Of a DNA stretch of 37,410 nt, positions 16,973-28,592 are shown in pieces. Positions within the stretch are counted from its first letter, which is position 1. Every line of letters starts with the position of its first letter. Source of the stretch: a virus; the UHGV virus genome UHGV-1374559, one strand, 5' to 3'. A program made the position numbers and the translations under genes. The notes under the pieces were generated by a model. That model did not search any database and had not been told where the DNA came from. It saw only the letters and a program-made list of their open reading frames with translations.

Positions 16973-19900
16973 ATGAGTGGTGGAACACCGTTAGGGAACA
17001 TGGTCATAAAGCTAGGCTTGGATAGTTCTGATTTCGGTCGTGGTGCAGCAAATGCTAAAAAAGAAGTTCGCTATTTAGCGAAAGAAATGCAAGCTAATGT
17101 AAAAATCGCTGATATGGCGGGCAATCAAATGGGCAAGCTTGGCACTCGTTTTGATGGCTTAACTAAAATCATTGGAGCACAAGAGAAACAAGTTGCTGCG
17201 CTGAAAAAGGCTTATGACGAATCTTTTGTAGATGGAAAAGCGACAGAATCCACCAAAAGGCTAGCAACTCAATTGCAAGATGCCAATGGAAAACTAGCAA
17301 ATTATCGATCTCAATTAATTCAAACAGCTGGTCAGATGGCAGAAATGCAAGTCAAAACCACTGGTGCAACTGGTGCCATTTATAATGCCAGCGAAAAAAT
17401 GATTTCTAGTGGGCAAAAAATGGAAAAAGTGGGCGGAGCCTTAACAAAAGGTATAACTTTGCCAATTCTCGCAGGAGCTGCAGCAGTAACAACGGCCGCT
17501 GTTAAATGGGAATCTGATTTTGCAGGTGTGAAAAAGACCAATGATGAAGTTGTTGATTCGACAGGTAAGGTTGTTTACTCATACAAAGATTTAGAAAATG
17601 GTCTTCGTGGACTAGCCAAAGAATTACCTTCAAGTCACACGGAAATTGCAAACGTTGCAGAAGCAGCAGGGCAGTTAGGGATCAAAACTAAAAATGTAGT
17701 TGGCTTCACCAAGACAATGATTGATTTAGGCGAGTCAACGAACATGAGTGCAGAAGAAGCAGCAACTGCTTTAGCTCGATTGGCCAACATTACAGGAATG
17801 CCACAAACAGAATTTGATAAGTTAGGTTCGGTTATTGTTGATTTGGGTAATAATTTTGCGACAACCGAATCAGAAATAACCGCAATGGGTTTACGTCTGG
17901 CAGGAGCTGGTCATCAGGTTGGCATGAGTGAAGCTCAAATCATGGGATTTGCGGCTGCATTGAGTTCTGTAGGGATTGAAGCAGAAGCAGGCGGTTCCGC
18001 ATTTTCTAAAGTAATGGTTCAAATGCAACTTGCTGTAGAAAAAGGAACTGGCGCATTTAGTGAGTTAGAACAAATTGCCAATGGTGCGGGATATACTATC
18101 GGAGAAGTTGGTCAAGCGGTTTTAAATGGTGGTAAACCTCTTAAGACAATGGCTTCTAACTTAGGGATGAATTCTAAAGCACTAAGTAAAATGTACAAAG
18201 AAGCCGATAAGTCAAAAACTTCCTTAGAAGATTTTGCTTCTGTTGCTGGCATGTCTGGTGAGCAATTCGCCAAAGCATTTAAAGAGGATGCTTCAGGTGC
18301 CATTATTAAATTTGTCGAAGGGCTAGGAAAAACAAAAGAGCATGGCCAGTCGGCAATTTCTGTTTTAGACGAGATGGGAATAACAGAAGTTCGTCTTCGT
18401 GATAGTCTCCTTCGTGCTGCTGGTGCCAGTGATGTATTTAAAAGTGCTGTAGATCGCGGAACGAAAGCTTGGGGTCAAAACACTGCTTTAACAGAAGAAG
18501 CAAACAAACGATACGAAACTACCGAATCTCAATTAAAGATGCTTAAAAATGAAGCGGTGGACGTAGGTATCACGTTTGGTGGTCCGTTAGTAAAAGCATT
18601 GCGAGATGTGCTTCAAGCAACTAAGCCAATGATTAAAACCGTAACGAACTTAGCGGAATCTTTCTCAAATGCTGATCCTAAAACACAGCAAACAATTGTT
18701 AAAATGATTGCATTAACTGCTGCAATGGGTCCTGCTATTAAGTTAACAGGTACTTTAACAAAGGGTGTAGGATTTTTAGGCAAAGGATTTGTTGAAACAA
18801 TGGCTGCTATGTCTAAAAAAAGAGCAATCGAAGATGTTACAAAAGCTTTTGCAGAAGGTAGTTCTGTTTCTATTGGATTCGGAAAAGACATTGCTTCTTC
18901 TGGTTCGGCATTAGGAGGATTGACTGCTAAAATCGGAGGAACCACAACACAAATTGGTTCATTGACTAAAGGGTTTAGTTTATTGAATCCTTGGGTGTTA
19001 GGTGCAACTGCAGCGATTGGGGCAGGTGTAGCAGTGTGGAAACTCTGGGGAGAAGAAGCCTGGAATAGTTCCCAACGTGTTAAGCAATGGGGAACTGATG
19101 TCGGACGAGAAGTTGACAAGACTTTAGACGGGGTGCAAGACAAAACCAAAGCCGCAAATGGTCAACTTGGCCTATTAAAAGATGGATTTAATCAATCAGA
19201 TGCTTCTAAAATGGCAGAAAATTTTGAAGCGGCTGGTCAGTCTCTTGAAAAGTCTTTAAATAAAAAAGTAGATGGATTGAATCAATTATTAAAGCAGTTA
19301 CCAGGAACCGCTACAGACTCAATGAAAGAAATCATTGAGAATGAGAAAAAACTAAATCAGTCTGCTGTGGAAGAAATCCAATCGAATAATAAGCAAATTC
19401 AAGAGATTAGACAAAGGGCTGCAAACGAAAATCGCCAATTGAGTGTTTCTGAAGCTCAAATGATTAGTGATTTATCAAAGAATACTGCGGAAGCTTATGT
19501 TAATACTCTGGATGTTTCGGCGGAACAAAAAAGAACTATTTTGAAATCAATGACTGGTGATGTAGCGAATGCTACGAAAGAAGAAGCAGAAATATGGTTA
19601 AAATCATTAGGAGAGCAAAGGAATGCATCGCAGACTCATGCCGCTAAAATGAAAGAAGAGCAAAAAAAATGGTTGAAAGATTGGGGATATAACCTTGATG
19701 GTGAATTTGCTCAGAAGTATCTTGAAGAATGGGATAAAATAAACGAAACTACGACTGAAGGTTTTGATAACCAAATGGCCGCCATTGTTGAGAAATTCCC
19801 TGAACTAAAAGATAAAATTCATTTGGCTTCTGGACAAGTAATAAAAGAGAGCGGAAATGCTTCACAATACCTTATTGAAGATAACGAGAAGTTATTGGAG

Positions 19901-21724
19901 AATGTTACCAAAACAACAAATAAAGTTGCTGAAAATGCTAAGAAGAACGCTGAACAACTTAAATATGTTGGTAATGAAGCAAGTGAATATGGGAAAATGT
20001 GGAATAATCTTGTTCTTGATCCAAAAACAGGCGAAGTCAAAACCAATGCGCAAGAAGCAGTTAACGAAGCTGCAAATTCTGAAAAAGGATGGAACCAACT
20101 CCTATATGCTTCCAAACACGCCGACCTGAAAAGTAATGCTAAATTAATGATTGCCGAAGCAGCAATTGCTAACGGAAAATGGGACAGCATGACGTTTAAG
20201 GAACAACAAGCGCTTTTAGATACAAATGTCAAGAAGACTGTAACTCAGGCATTACAAGCCAACGGAAAATGGGACAAACTTAATTTTGAAGAGAAGAAGG
20301 CCATTCTGTATTCTAATACCCCTGAAAAAATGGCTGAAAATATGCTTAATCTTGGACTTTGGGAAGATTACAAGTTACACGACAAAGAAATTAAAGCTGA
20401 TAACAAAGAGTTTTTAGAAGTGCTTAGTGATTCACAAGAAAAAATTGTCAATTGGTCTAATATACCAGATGATGTTAAAGAATTTTATGCAGATAATCAA
20501 GATTTACTGACAAAAATTTATGGATCAGAACGAGCCTTTAATGCTTGGAAAAATTTACCAGATGAAAGCAAATTGCTTTTAGCGAATAACACGGATGTGC
20601 TACAAAAGATTCTTTCTTCGGAAACATACCTAACAAATTGGAATAACCTTCCAACAGATCAGAAAAAAATGCTTGCCAATAATGATGATTTATTGACAAA
20701 GGTAATGAAGTCAGAAGAAAGTATGAATGCGTGGAAGTCATTACCTGATCCAGTAAAAAAAATGCTTGGTAATAATGAAGATTTAAAAGCAAAAATAGCT
20801 GATGGAACATTAAGCGTGCAAACTTATGACCAAATAAAGCCACAATTAAAAAAATTACTCGGAGATGCTTCCAATGTATCAAATCAATCACAGGTAGGTA
20901 TTCAAAACTTAAATGCATTTAACGCAAACAATCCAGCACAGAAAATACTACGTGGAGATTCTTCAAATGCACAAGCTGCAGCTCGACAAGGTGGCAATGC
21001 ATTGAACACCTACAATGCCAATAATCCAGGAACGAAAAACTTGCGAGGAAATGCAGGTGGAGTTGTCGGTGCGGCTTCAAGTGGTAATAGTAGCCTAAAT
21101 ATTTTCGCAGCAAACAATCCAGTAGAAAAACTATTAAGGGCTAATGATCAAGCGAGTGGACCAGCATCTCAAGCGAAAAATGCAGTAAGTGACTTTAATT
21201 CTGGCCCTTCGGTAATTACCAAAACTTTAAACGTAGTAGCTAATTTAGGCGCTGGCGTAGCAAAAATTTTAGGGCTCGAAACAGGAACCAATAATCATAT
21301 TGGTGGTCCGGCAATCGTCAACGACCAAAAAGGACGTACTTATAAAGAGTTGGTAATTCCTAAAGGTGGCGTGCCTTTCATCCCAGAAGGTAGAAATGTA
21401 TTCTTGCCAGATTTACCAAAAGGATCAAAAGTAATCAGAGCTTCAGAAACAAAAAAATTAATTCCTCATTATGAAAACGGCGTGGGTGTTCCGAGAAACT
21501 CTTCAGTTGTTAAAAATCTAATTGCTGTTCAAGATTCACATGAATCGAATGATTTTAGCGAACTTGCTTCTCTTATGCGTGAAATGGTTTCTTACTTAAA
21601 AGACGGCAATATTAAAAATATGGAAGTGACACAATATATCACAGGTGCAGACACAAAAACACCGAGAGAAACGGCGATGGAAACAAAACGCCAATTGCGT
21701 GATTTAGCGAGGGGGTTTAAATAG
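16973..21724 (+). CDS. tail tape measure protein
   Basis: 1583 aa, coiled-coil rich, central hydrophobic block, repetitive W/N-rich C-terminal modules. RBS GGAGG. Confidence 0.85.
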   Translation: MSGGTPLGNMVIKLGLDSSDFGRGAANAKKEVRYLAKEMQANVKIADMAGNQMGKLGTRFDGLTKIIGAQEKQVAALKKAYDESFVDGKATESTKRLATQLQDANGKLANYRSQLIQTAGQMAEMQVKTTGATGAIYNASEKMISSGQKMEKVGGALTKGITLPILAGAAAVTTAAVKWESDFAGVKKTNDEVVDSTGKVVYSYKDLENGLRGLAKELPSSHTEIANVAEAAGQLGIKTKNVVGFTKTMIDLGESTNMSAEEAATALARLANITGMPQTEFDKLGSVIVDLGNNFATTESEITAMGLRLAGAGHQVGMSEAQIMGFAAALSSVGIEAEAGGSAFSKVMVQMQLAVEKGTGAFSELEQIANGAGYTIGEVGQAVLNGGKPLKTMASNLGMNSKALSKMYKEADKSKTSLEDFASVAGMSGEQFAKAFKEDASGAIIKFVEGLGKTKEHGQSAISVLDEMGITEVRLRDSLLRAAGASDVFKSAVDRGTKAWGQNTALTEEANKRYETTESQLKMLKNEAVDVGITFGGPLVKALRDVLQATKPMIKTVTNLAESFSNADPKTQQTIVKMIALTAAMGPAIKLTGTLTKGVGFLGKGFVETMAAMSKKRAIEDVTKAFAEGSSVSIGFGKDIASSGSALGGLTAKIGGTTTQIGSLTKGFSLLNPWVLGATAAIGAGVAVWKLWGEEAWNSSQRVKQWGTDVGREVDKTLDGVQDKTKAANGQLGLLKDGFNQSDASKMAENFEAAGQSLEKSLNKKVDGLNQLLKQLPGTATDSMKEIIENEKKLNQSAVEEIQSNNKQIQEIRQRAANENRQLSVSEAQMISDLSKNTAEAYVNTLDVSAEQKRTILKSMTGDVANATKEEAEIWLKSLGEQRNASQTHAAKMKEEQKKWLKDWGYNLDGEFAQKYLEEWDKINETTTEGFDNQMAAIVEKFPELKDKIHLASGQVIKESGNASQYLIEDNEKLLENVTKTTNKVAENAKKNAEQLKYVGNEASEYGKMWNNLVLDPKTGEVKTNAQEAVNEAANSEKGWNQLLYASKHADLKSNAKLMIAEAAIANGKWDSMTFKEQQALLDTNVKKTVTQALQANGKWDKLNFEEKKAILYSNTPEKMAENMLNLGLWEDYKLHDKEIKADNKEFLEVLSDSQEKIVNWSNIPDDVKEFYADNQDLLTKIYGSERAFNAWKNLPDESKLLLANNTDVLQKILSSETYLTNWNNLPTDQKKMLANNDDLLTKVMKSEESMNAWKSLPDPVKKMLGNNEDLKAKIADGTLSVQTYDQIKPQLKKLLGDASNVSNQSQVGIQNLNAFNANNPAQKILRGDSSNAQAAARQGGNALNTYNANNPGTKNLRGNAGGVVGAASSGNSSLNIFAANNPVEKLLRANDQASGPASQAKNAVSDFNSGPSVITKTLNVVANLGAGVAKILGLETGTNNHIGGPAIVNDQKGRTYKELVIPKGGVPFIPEGRNVFLPDLPKGSKVIRASETKKLIPHYENGVGVPRNSSVVKNLIAVQDSHESNDFSELASLMREMVSYLKDGNIKNMEVTQYITGADTKTPRETAMETKRQLRDLARGFK

Positions 21725-22623
21725 TGAAACTAGAATTAGTTTATACGAACCAAAATGGGGAGCAACTCGTTTTTAATGAGGAAGCTCCTTATTTTTTGCA
21801 AAACGTCGAGGGATTAGAAGCACCAGAAAATGTTGTTTTAGCAGAAGAAGTGTTTGGAGAAGATGGCGCAAAAGTTGTCGGCATCCGCTTAAGCACTCGG
21901 AAACCGTTGTTAGAAGGCACTTTAATTGGAAAAACAGAAGAAGAAATTTATCAGCTGCGCCGAGATATGATTCAAAAAATCGATCTAAAACAAACAGGTA
22001 AGCTAACTCTTAAAGTCTATGACAAGGAGTATGAAACCGACGTATTACCAATCCAAGCGCCTAGTTTCAAATTATACGAGGATAATCCTTATAAGGTTGA
22101 TGAATGGAACTTATTCTCTTTACAGTTTGAAGCATTCGATTCTTATTTCCGTGATGTATCGTTTTATAACTCACTGGTTCCTTTGGCAACATTGAAGCCA
22201 ACGCTTATTTTTCCAATGGTTTTTGTTCAAGGCGAGAAGCATACGTTTGGTCGCTTTGAATCAGGGAATATTGAAAAGATTGTAAACAATGGAGATGTGC
22301 AGGTTGGAGCAGTTTTTCATATGAAATGTGTAACAACCGTGACTGATCCGCAGATTTACGATGTGACAAAACAAACCTTCTTTGGATTTAAAGGAACCTT
22401 TGAACCTGGAACAAGATTCGAACTTTCAACGGTACGTGGAAAGTTGTATGCGAAAAAAATTGTTAATGGTGTAGAAACTAATGCTGTTCCAGAACGTATG
22501 GAGGGTAGTAGTTTCTTTCGATTATCTAAAGGAGATAACTATTTACAACTAAAAGCGGCCAACAATTCTCAAAATGGAATTACATGTGAAATGCAATTTA
22601 CACCATTGGTTAGCGGGGTGTAG
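21724..22623 (+). CDS. distal tail protein (Dit-like)
   Basis: Position directly after the tape measure. Size about 300 aa. Confidence 0.6.
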   Translation: MKLELVYTNQNGEQLVFNEEAPYFLQNVEGLEAPENVVLAEEVFGEDGAKVVGIRLSTRKPLLEGTLIGKTEEEIYQLRRDMIQKIDLKQTGKLTLKVYDKEYETDVLPIQAPSFKLYEDNPYKVDEWNLFSLQFEAFDSYFRDVSFYNSLVPLATLKPTLIFPMVFVQGEKHTFGRFESGNIEKIVNNGDVQVGAVFHMKCVTTVTDPQIYDVTKQTFFGFKGTFEPGTRFELSTVRGKLYAKKIVNGVETNAVPERMEGSSFFRLSKGDNYLQLKAANNSQNGITCEMQFTPLVSGV

Positions 22624-22625
22624 CT

Positions 22626-23750
22626 ATGGATTTTATGCCATTGCCTTTTGTAGAGGTGTTCCGAAGAAAATCTGGCTTTGATTATGAGTCAACGGCAGTT
22701 CTGGACATATGGAAATCAATGAGTGTCAAAGAAAATTTCAAGTCAGCCAATACTTTTGAAACGGTTGTTCTTTTAAAGTACATGCCAAAAGAATTAATGG
22801 ACGAAGACACAGTGCTATTAATTAATAATTGCTTTTACTATATTGATTCTATTATCTGCGATGATTTGAGCAGTGGATTAATTACAATTTCTGGGAAGTC
22901 TCTTTTTGCAAAAGCTAGTAAGAGAATTGTTTATAGAATTTACAATCAAACAAAAAGACCAGAGCTGATTTGCTACGATCATTTACGGAACGAAGTGGTC
23001 TCTCCGTCAGATGCAAAAAGAAAAATAAGTTACTTATCTGTTGAACAACCGCCAGCAATTACTAATTCAAACATTAGTTATCAAAATAGTTATGGGAATG
23101 TTGAAGAAGAAATAGAGGGACTGTGTGAAAGTTACAATTTTGGTTTTGACGAAATTCCTATCTCGAATGGGCGTATTGGTTCAACATCAAACGGCCAAGT
23201 TGGAGCAAATATTCGTTTTAGAAAAAGTGAAGATGTTTCTAGTGTGGTTCAATTTAGTGCAGAGTTTGAAAATGTTACTAATGAATCATTAGAAAAGAAC
23301 AACTATGATGAAGCGACTACAGCCCTTATTTATGGAGAAGGCGAAGGAAAAGCTCGTAAGCATACTCAAGTAAATAACAATTTGAGTGGCCTCGAACGAA
23401 AAGAAATATACGTCGATGCTCGTGACTTACAACAGACTGTTGATGATGTAAAAATGCCAGATGCACAATATATTGCCACATTGCAATCAAGAGGAAAAGA
23501 AAAATTAACTGAACAACCAAGAGTTTTGGCATTGAATGGGACTATCAATTTGAATGATAGTCTTTTTGTTTATGGTCGAGATTATAAATTGGGGGATCGT
23601 GTAAAACGTATTTCTTCTTTTGGCTATTCAGATACAGTGGTTCTAAATTCTGTAACTCAGACTTGGGATGAGAAAGGCTACCATATTGACGGCGAATTCG
23701 GTAATCAAAGTAAAACAATTATTGATGTAATCAAGAGAAAAGGAAAGTAG
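22626..23750 (+). CDS. tail-associated lysin / tail tip protein (Tal-like)
   Basis: Position after Dit. Size. Confidence 0.5.
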   Translation: MDFMPLPFVEVFRRKSGFDYESTAVLDIWKSMSVKENFKSANTFETVVLLKYMPKELMDEDTVLLINNCFYYIDSIICDDLSSGLITISGKSLFAKASKRIVYRIYNQTKRPELICYDHLRNEVVSPSDAKRKISYLSVEQPPAITNSNISYQNSYGNVEEEIEGLCESYNFGFDEIPISNGRIGSTSNGQVGANIRFRKSEDVSSVVQFSAEFENVTNESLEKNNYDEATTALIYGEGEGKARKHTQVNNNLSGLERKEIYVDARDLQQTVDDVKMPDAQYIATLQSRGKEKLTEQPRVLALNGTINLNDSLFVYGRDYKLGDRVKRISSFGYSDTVVLNSVTQTWDEKGYHIDGEFGNQSKTIIDVIKRKGK

Positions 23751-23760
23751 GTGGTTATTT

Positions 23761-24816
23761 TTGGCGGAATTAAGTTTATTTTATGATGCCGTTTTGCAAG
23801 ATGATGGCACATACGATCGTGCTTATACATCGGCAGACTGGGCAAAATACTTTGAAAATATTTTTCGCAATGGCGTCATGATGTCAGTCGGTGAAGCATT
23901 AAGAGTGACTGCAGCTGATTCTGTTGGAATGAGAGTTGTTGTAAAAGCAGGTTCAGCAAGTTTAAAAGGTTATCAATATATTAATACGTCTGCTTTTGCA
24001 GTACCTATTGACGTTGCTTCTTCAACACAAGATCGAACAGATTCAATTGTTGTTCGTCATGATTTGAACGCTAGACAAGCTTATGTAGCAGTCAAAAAAG
24101 GCAATGTCTCTGTAGAGCGCTCAACAGAAGTTTATGAAATCCAACTAGCAACGGTCAAAGTACCAAGGAACAGTTCGGGGATTACTGCAGATTTAATCAC
24201 AGATAAGAGACCAGATGCAAAAGTTTGTGGTTATTCAACACCTTTTGCCAATGTTTCTGTATCAGGATTAGAAGCACAATATGAAGCAATGCTAAAAAAA
24301 ATTGTAGAAACCAACAAGACAAGTTATGAAAAAATCCTAAATGATTTTAAAAACTACGTTGCAAAAGCACAAACCGATATGGATTCTAATATTGAAGAGA
24401 TAATCCGTACAGGAAATGGAAAAGTAAATGCTTTTGATGTTTTGATTCATGAATGGTTTGCGGCTTTAAAAAATGAGCTAGATGCTAATCAAGCATCAAA
24501 TCTACAGAATCAAATCAATGAAATGAAGGCTACTGAGGAACTGCCGACTATAGTGCATGATTTACGCGGCTATCCTAGTGTACAAGTTTTGTATTGGGAA
24601 TACGGTATTGGCCTATCAGGGCTAGCTAATGAGCCAACAGGTCTAGGTGGTAGCAATGTGAAAAAGATTCCTCACAGTTTAGAATATCTTGATTTATTCA
24701 GCTTTAAAGTTAAAGTACCAATGAACTTTAAACTGGTAAATCCAACAGTAACCAAAATAGATAATAGAACTATTCGTTTTATTGAAGCATACAAAGTTAT
24801 AGAAATTAGGTATTAA
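23761..24816 (+). CDS. tail fiber / baseplate protein (TTG start)
   Basis: RBS AGGTGG 6 nt upstream of TTG. Position. Confidence 0.4.
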   Translation: MAELSLFYDAVLQDDGTYDRAYTSADWAKYFENIFRNGVMMSVGEALRVTAADSVGMRVVVKAGSASLKGYQYINTSAFAVPIDVASSTQDRTDSIVVRHDLNARQAYVAVKKGNVSVERSTEVYEIQLATVKVPRNSSGITADLITDKRPDAKVCGYSTPFANVSVSGLEAQYEAMLKKIVETNKTSYEKILNDFKNYVAKAQTDMDSNIEEIIRTGNGKVNAFDVLIHEWFAALKNELDANQASNLQNQINEMKATEELPTIVHDLRGYPSVQVLYWEYGIGLSGLANEPTGLGGSNVKKIPHSLEYLDLFSFKVKVPMNFKLVNPTVTKIDNRTIRFIEAYKVIEIRY

Positions 24817-24827
24817 GGAGGAAAAGA

Positions 24828-25616
24828 ATGTATACATTTAAAAAAGGTGATGCAGACTATCAAGTCATGCTGAACGAAAACTTTAGCGAAATAACGGATG
24901 CTTTAGAAAATGGCGCACTGGTTTCTAAGAAAACCGTTATTAAGGCACAGGACTGGGATGAAATTTTAGACAAAGGGATTTACACCGTCTTCGGTGCTTC
25001 TGGCGCAAATAGACCTTATTCGGGTGCAGCTTATGGTGCTTTAGTTGTTTATGCTGATAATACATTTGTAAGTCAAACGTATATGTATAAAGGTGAAACA
25101 TACACCCGTAGCAGACAAGGGAGCCCTGCCACGTGGACACCATGGAATAAACTTCTTTCAGATAATGAACAACCATTTGAAGTCTATTTTGGAAGAGCAG
25201 AGGATAGTAGTGATGTCAATACAGGTTTCCAGTATCCTATCGGCAGTATCGTTGCTACTGATAAATATCATAAACCAGAAGATTTACCATTTTCGATTAG
25301 CGCTGATAAAAAGAAATTAACTTTTACTAAAACAACAACGATTCATGTTAGTGGTTCAGCGAAGTTTCATGGAAACTCTTCTGGAACAGATTACGCTTAT
25401 TTTAAAATATTTTGGGGCGCTTCTAATGATCACATGATTCAATACGGTACTCCGGCAAACACAGCAATCAATGTGTCAACAACGATTGGGGGAGAAAAAA
25501 CTCTAACAATCAAGGCTGGGGATTCACTAAGATTTGAATTAGAGAGTCGACCAAACAAAAGTTTATTTAGAACACAGATTGCTTCATTATCTATCAAAGA
25601 AGTGAAAAGTATCTAA
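24828..25616 (+). CDS. putative receptor-binding / tail fiber protein
   Basis: RBS AAGGAGG. Last structural gene before the lysis cassette. Confidence 0.4.
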   Translation: MYTFKKGDADYQVMLNENFSEITDALENGALVSKKTVIKAQDWDEILDKGIYTVFGASGANRPYSGAAYGALVVYADNTFVSQTYMYKGETYTRSRQGSPATWTPWNKLLSDNEQPFEVYFGRAEDSSDVNTGFQYPIGSIVATDKYHKPEDLPFSISADKKKLTFTKTTTIHVSGSAKFHGNSSGTDYAYFKIFWGASNDHMIQYGTPANTAINVSTTIGGEKTLTIKAGDSLRFELESRPNKSLFRTQIASLSIKEVKSI

Positions 25617-25651
25617 TATGTTTCAAGTAGACATAAGTGGGAGGTGAGTTA

Positions 25652-26050
25652 GTGGAAAAATATTTTAACCACCTATCAATTGCAGCAAGTATTGTAGGTG
25701 GTATTTGCGTTAGCTTTCTTGGGGGAATGGATCAGTTGCTAGATGTTTTGTTATTTTTGATGATTGTTGATTTTGTAACAGGTTGGCTTAAAGCAATCGC
25801 TACTAAATCACTATCAAGCAAAATAGGTATGTTGGGAATCGCCAAAAAAGTAATGATTTTATTTGTAGTGGCAGTTTCTGTGAAAGTTGAAAGTATAGTA
25901 GGGAATAATATTCCTATTAGGGAAATGGTGATTATTTTTTACATTGCAAATGAAGGCATTTCATTTTGCGAGAATGTATTGGAGTTCATTCCTTTGCCAG
26001 AAAAATTAAAGGATTATTTTATTCAATTACGAAATAAAGACAAGAATTGA
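25652..26050 (+). CDS. holin (multi-TM)
   Basis: GTG 25652 with GGGAGGTGA RBS. Three hydrophobic segments. Immediately precedes the endolysin. Confidence 0.6.
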   Translation: MEKYFNHLSIAASIVGGICVSFLGGMDQLLDVLLFLMIVDFVTGWLKAIATKSLSSKIGMLGIAKKVMILFVVAVSVKVESIVGNNIPIREMVIIFYIANEGISFCENVLEFIPLPEKLKDYFIQLRNKDKN

Positions 26051-26104
26051 AGCGGCTTGTGTCGTTTCTTTTTTTGTTTAAAAAAATAGGAAAGAGGTTT
26101 TTAA

Positions 26105-27364
26105 ATGAAAAAGAAAATTTTAGCAGGAGCGCTTGTCGCTCTGTTTTTTATGCCTACCGGTGTATTTGCTGCAAAAGGAGATCAAGGTGTGGATTGGGCG
26201 ATTTACCAAGGCGAACAAGGCCGTTTTGGCTATGCACATGATAAATTCGCTATCGCTCAAATTGGTGGATACAATGCCAGCGGTATTTATGAACAATACA
26301 CATACAAAACGCAAGTAGCAAGTGCCGTCGCTCAAGGCAAACGCGCACATACCTATATCTGGTACGATACTTTTGGTAGCATGGATATTGCAAAAACAAC
26401 AATGGATTACTTCTTGCCACGTATTCAAACGCCTAAAAATTCCATTGTTGCATTAGATTTTGAACATGGAGCTAGTCCTGATGTAAACGCAAATACAGAA
26501 ACGATTTTGTATGGTATGCGCCGTATCAAACAAGCAGGATATACACCAATGTATTATAGTTACAAGCCTTTCACGTTGCAATACGTGGACTATCAGCGAA
26601 TTATTAAAGAGTTCCCTAATTCCTTATGGATTGCTGCCTATCCTAGTTATGAGGTAACGCCAGAACCATTGTATAACTATTTTCCAAGTATGGACGGTAT
26701 CGCAATTTGGCAATTTACCTCAACTTATATTGCAGGCGGTTTAGATGGTAACGTAGACCTAACAGGAATTACGGATAACGGATACACGGCTACTGACAAA
26801 CCAGAAACGGACACACCAGCAACAGAAGTTGGTGAAAAAACTGAAAAAACACCAAATTCAGATGTTAAAGTTGGCAATATGGTCAAAGTAAAATTTAATG
26901 TTGATGCTTGGGCAACTGGCGAAGCTATTCCGCAATGGGTAAAAGGAAACAGCTATAAAGTACAAGAAGTAACTGGAAGCAGAGTATTGCTAGAAGGCAT
27001 CTTATCATGGATTAGTAAAGGCGATATTGAATTATTGCCAGATGCAACAGTTGTTCCTGATAAACAGCCAGAAGCAACACACGTAGTTCAACATGGCGAA
27101 ACATTATCAAGTATTGCTTACCAACATGGCACAGACTATCAAACGTTAGCGGCATTAAATGGATTGGCCAATCCAAATCTAATCTATCCTGGTCAAGTTT
27201 TGAAGGTAAATGGATCGGCAGCAAGTAATGTTTACACGGTTCAATACGGTGATAATTTATCTAGCATTGCGGCTAAACTTGGCACGACTTATCAAACATT
27301 GGCAGCTTTAAACGGATTAGCAAATCCTAACTTGATTTATCCTGGTCAAACATTGAACTATTAA
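26105..27364 (+). CDS. endolysin: GH25 muramidase + two C-terminal LysM repeats
   Basis: N-terminal GVDWAIYQG…DFEHGAS is a GH25 signature. Tandem …[38 protein letters not shown]… repeats are LysM. Confidence 0.85.
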   Translation: MKKKILAGALVALFFMPTGVFAAKGDQGVDWAIYQGEQGRFGYAHDKFAIAQIGGYNASGIYEQYTYKTQVASAVAQGKRAHTYIWYDTFGSMDIAKTTMDYFLPRIQTPKNSIVALDFEHGASPDVNANTETILYGMRRIKQAGYTPMYYSYKPFTLQYVDYQRIIKEFPNSLWIAAYPSYEVTPEPLYNYFPSMDGIAIWQFTSTYIAGGLDGNVDLTGITDNGYTATDKPETDTPATEVGEKTEKTPNSDVKVGNMVKVKFNVDAWATGEAIPQWVKGNSYKVQEVTGSRVLLEGILSWISKGDIELLPDATVVPDKQPEATHVVQHGETLSSIAYQHGTDYQTLAALNGLANPNLIYPGQVLKVNGSAASNVYTVQYGDNLSSIAAKLGTTYQTLAALNGLANPNLIYPGQTLNY

Positions 27365-27500
27365 AAAAATTCCTCTCTACAAAGAGAGGGAATACATAAA
27401 GAAATGACATTGTTACTTTGAATAGAATAAGTTTTTTTTATCTTTTTTATGGTATTCTAGTTGCAGAGATATTTTATTATTGAAAAAGGATTGAGAAAAA

Positions 27501-28487
27501 ATGGGTGAAAAAGGAAAATCCATTGATGGTTTGATGAGACACATAAGAAATAACCACAATGTCAGCATTAAAGGTAGTAATGACAAGCAAAACTTACTAA
27601 ATATGGGATATTATCATGGATACAAAGCATCGATGTATATTAAAGAACGAAAAAATATGCAAGAGTTCAAAGATTTTAATGAAGTTAAAGCTGTATATGA
27701 TTTTGATATTGAAATGAAGACAATATTTTATCCTATGTTGGTAAAAATTGAAACTTCTTTGAAAAATAGGCTGATAGATTTTCTCGTAAAAGATGATCAA
27801 TGTGATTTAGAATATATTTATAAAACAAAACTAAGAGACTACGCATCAAAAGAAGTTGGTTCAAAAAAATATAAAAAATATCTTGCAAGAAACCTTAAAT
27901 TGAGAGAAAAGATAGATGAAACTATAGCATACAATTATGGTAAAGGTCATCCGGCTGTACAACATTTTTTTCACTGCAACAAACCACTACCTTTATGGGC
28001 ATATTTTGAAATAATTACATTTGGGGAGTTTGGAAACTTTGTAGCATGTCTAAATGAAGAATATAGAATTATGTTTACTAGCAGTCTGGAATTGCATCAT
28101 CGCGGTTTAAATCAAAACGGAAGAATATTAGAAAATATTATTTTCTGTTTAACAGGCCTCAGAAATGCCACTATGCATAATTCGGTGGTATTTGATTGTA
28201 GATTTAATGATTCTTCAACTTCGAATCAAGTAAAGCAGTATCTTGAACAAGTAACAGATATAAAAAATATTTCATTTGAAACGTTAACAGACTTCATTAT
28301 TCTATTAGTCGCGTTACTAAAAAGAGTGAGAATTACCAAAACAGAGCTGAATAGATATGTTTCGGATTTTGATAAAAGTAGAGAAAAACTTTTTAATAGT
28401 GTACCATTTAACACTTATACAGCAATTATGGGGACAGATGCAAAAAATAAGATTTCTAGTCTTAAATACTTTATAAAAAACAATTAA
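27501..28487 (+). CDS. Abi_2-family abortive infection protein (AbiD/AbiF-like)
   Basis: 328 aa, AT-rich, own transcription unit between lysin and att. Abi_2 assignment is from motif memory, not a search. Confidence 0.5.
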   Translation: MGEKGKSIDGLMRHIRNNHNVSIKGSNDKQNLLNMGYYHGYKASMYIKERKNMQEFKDFNEVKAVYDFDIEMKTIFYPMLVKIETSLKNRLIDFLVKDDQCDLEYIYKTKLRDYASKEVGSKKYKKYLARNLKLREKIDETIAYNYGKGHPAVQHFFHCNKPLPLWAYFEIITFGEFGNFVACLNEEYRIMFTSSLELHHRGLNQNGRILENIIFCLTGLRNATMHNSVVFDCRFNDSSTSNQVKQYLEQVTDIKNISFETLTDFIILLVALLKRVRITKTELNRYVSDFDKSREKLFNSVPFNTYTAIMGTDAKNKISSLKYFIKNN

Positions 28488-28563
28488 AATAGTTTACTTT
28501 TCTTTTTCTATATGCGATAATCTTATTATCAAATAGCGGTACATTACTTCGGTTTGTATCTAA

Positions 28564-28592
28564 AACACTCCATGCGTGGGGTGTTTTTTATT
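28564..28592 (+). terminator. rho-independent terminator (AACACTCCA-tgcg-TGGGGTGTT + T-run)
   Basis: 9-bp stem with one G·U pair, followed by TTTTTTATT. Confidence 0.65.

Noticed and set aside
18613-19149. 178-aa minus-strand ORF inside the tape measure gene (and similar antisense ORFs at 18112..18303, 19819..20232, 20538..21113)
   Set aside because: They lie fully inside a long, well-supported forward gene, have no RBS, and their composition mirrors the sense strand. They are typical antisense artefacts.
26047-26428. Small ORFs overlapping the holin/lysin junction on both strands (26047..26241, 26133..26318, 26120..26428 minus)
   Set aside because: They overlap the strongly supported endolysin gene. 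No independent signals.
27369-27394. Hairpin ATTCCTCTCT-acaa-AGAGAGGGAAT just after the endolysin stop, as a lysin terminator
   Set aside because: On the plus strand it is preceded, not followed, by the A/T run. The T-run is on the minus strand, where no gene ends. Left as an ambiguous bidirectional hairpin, not called.
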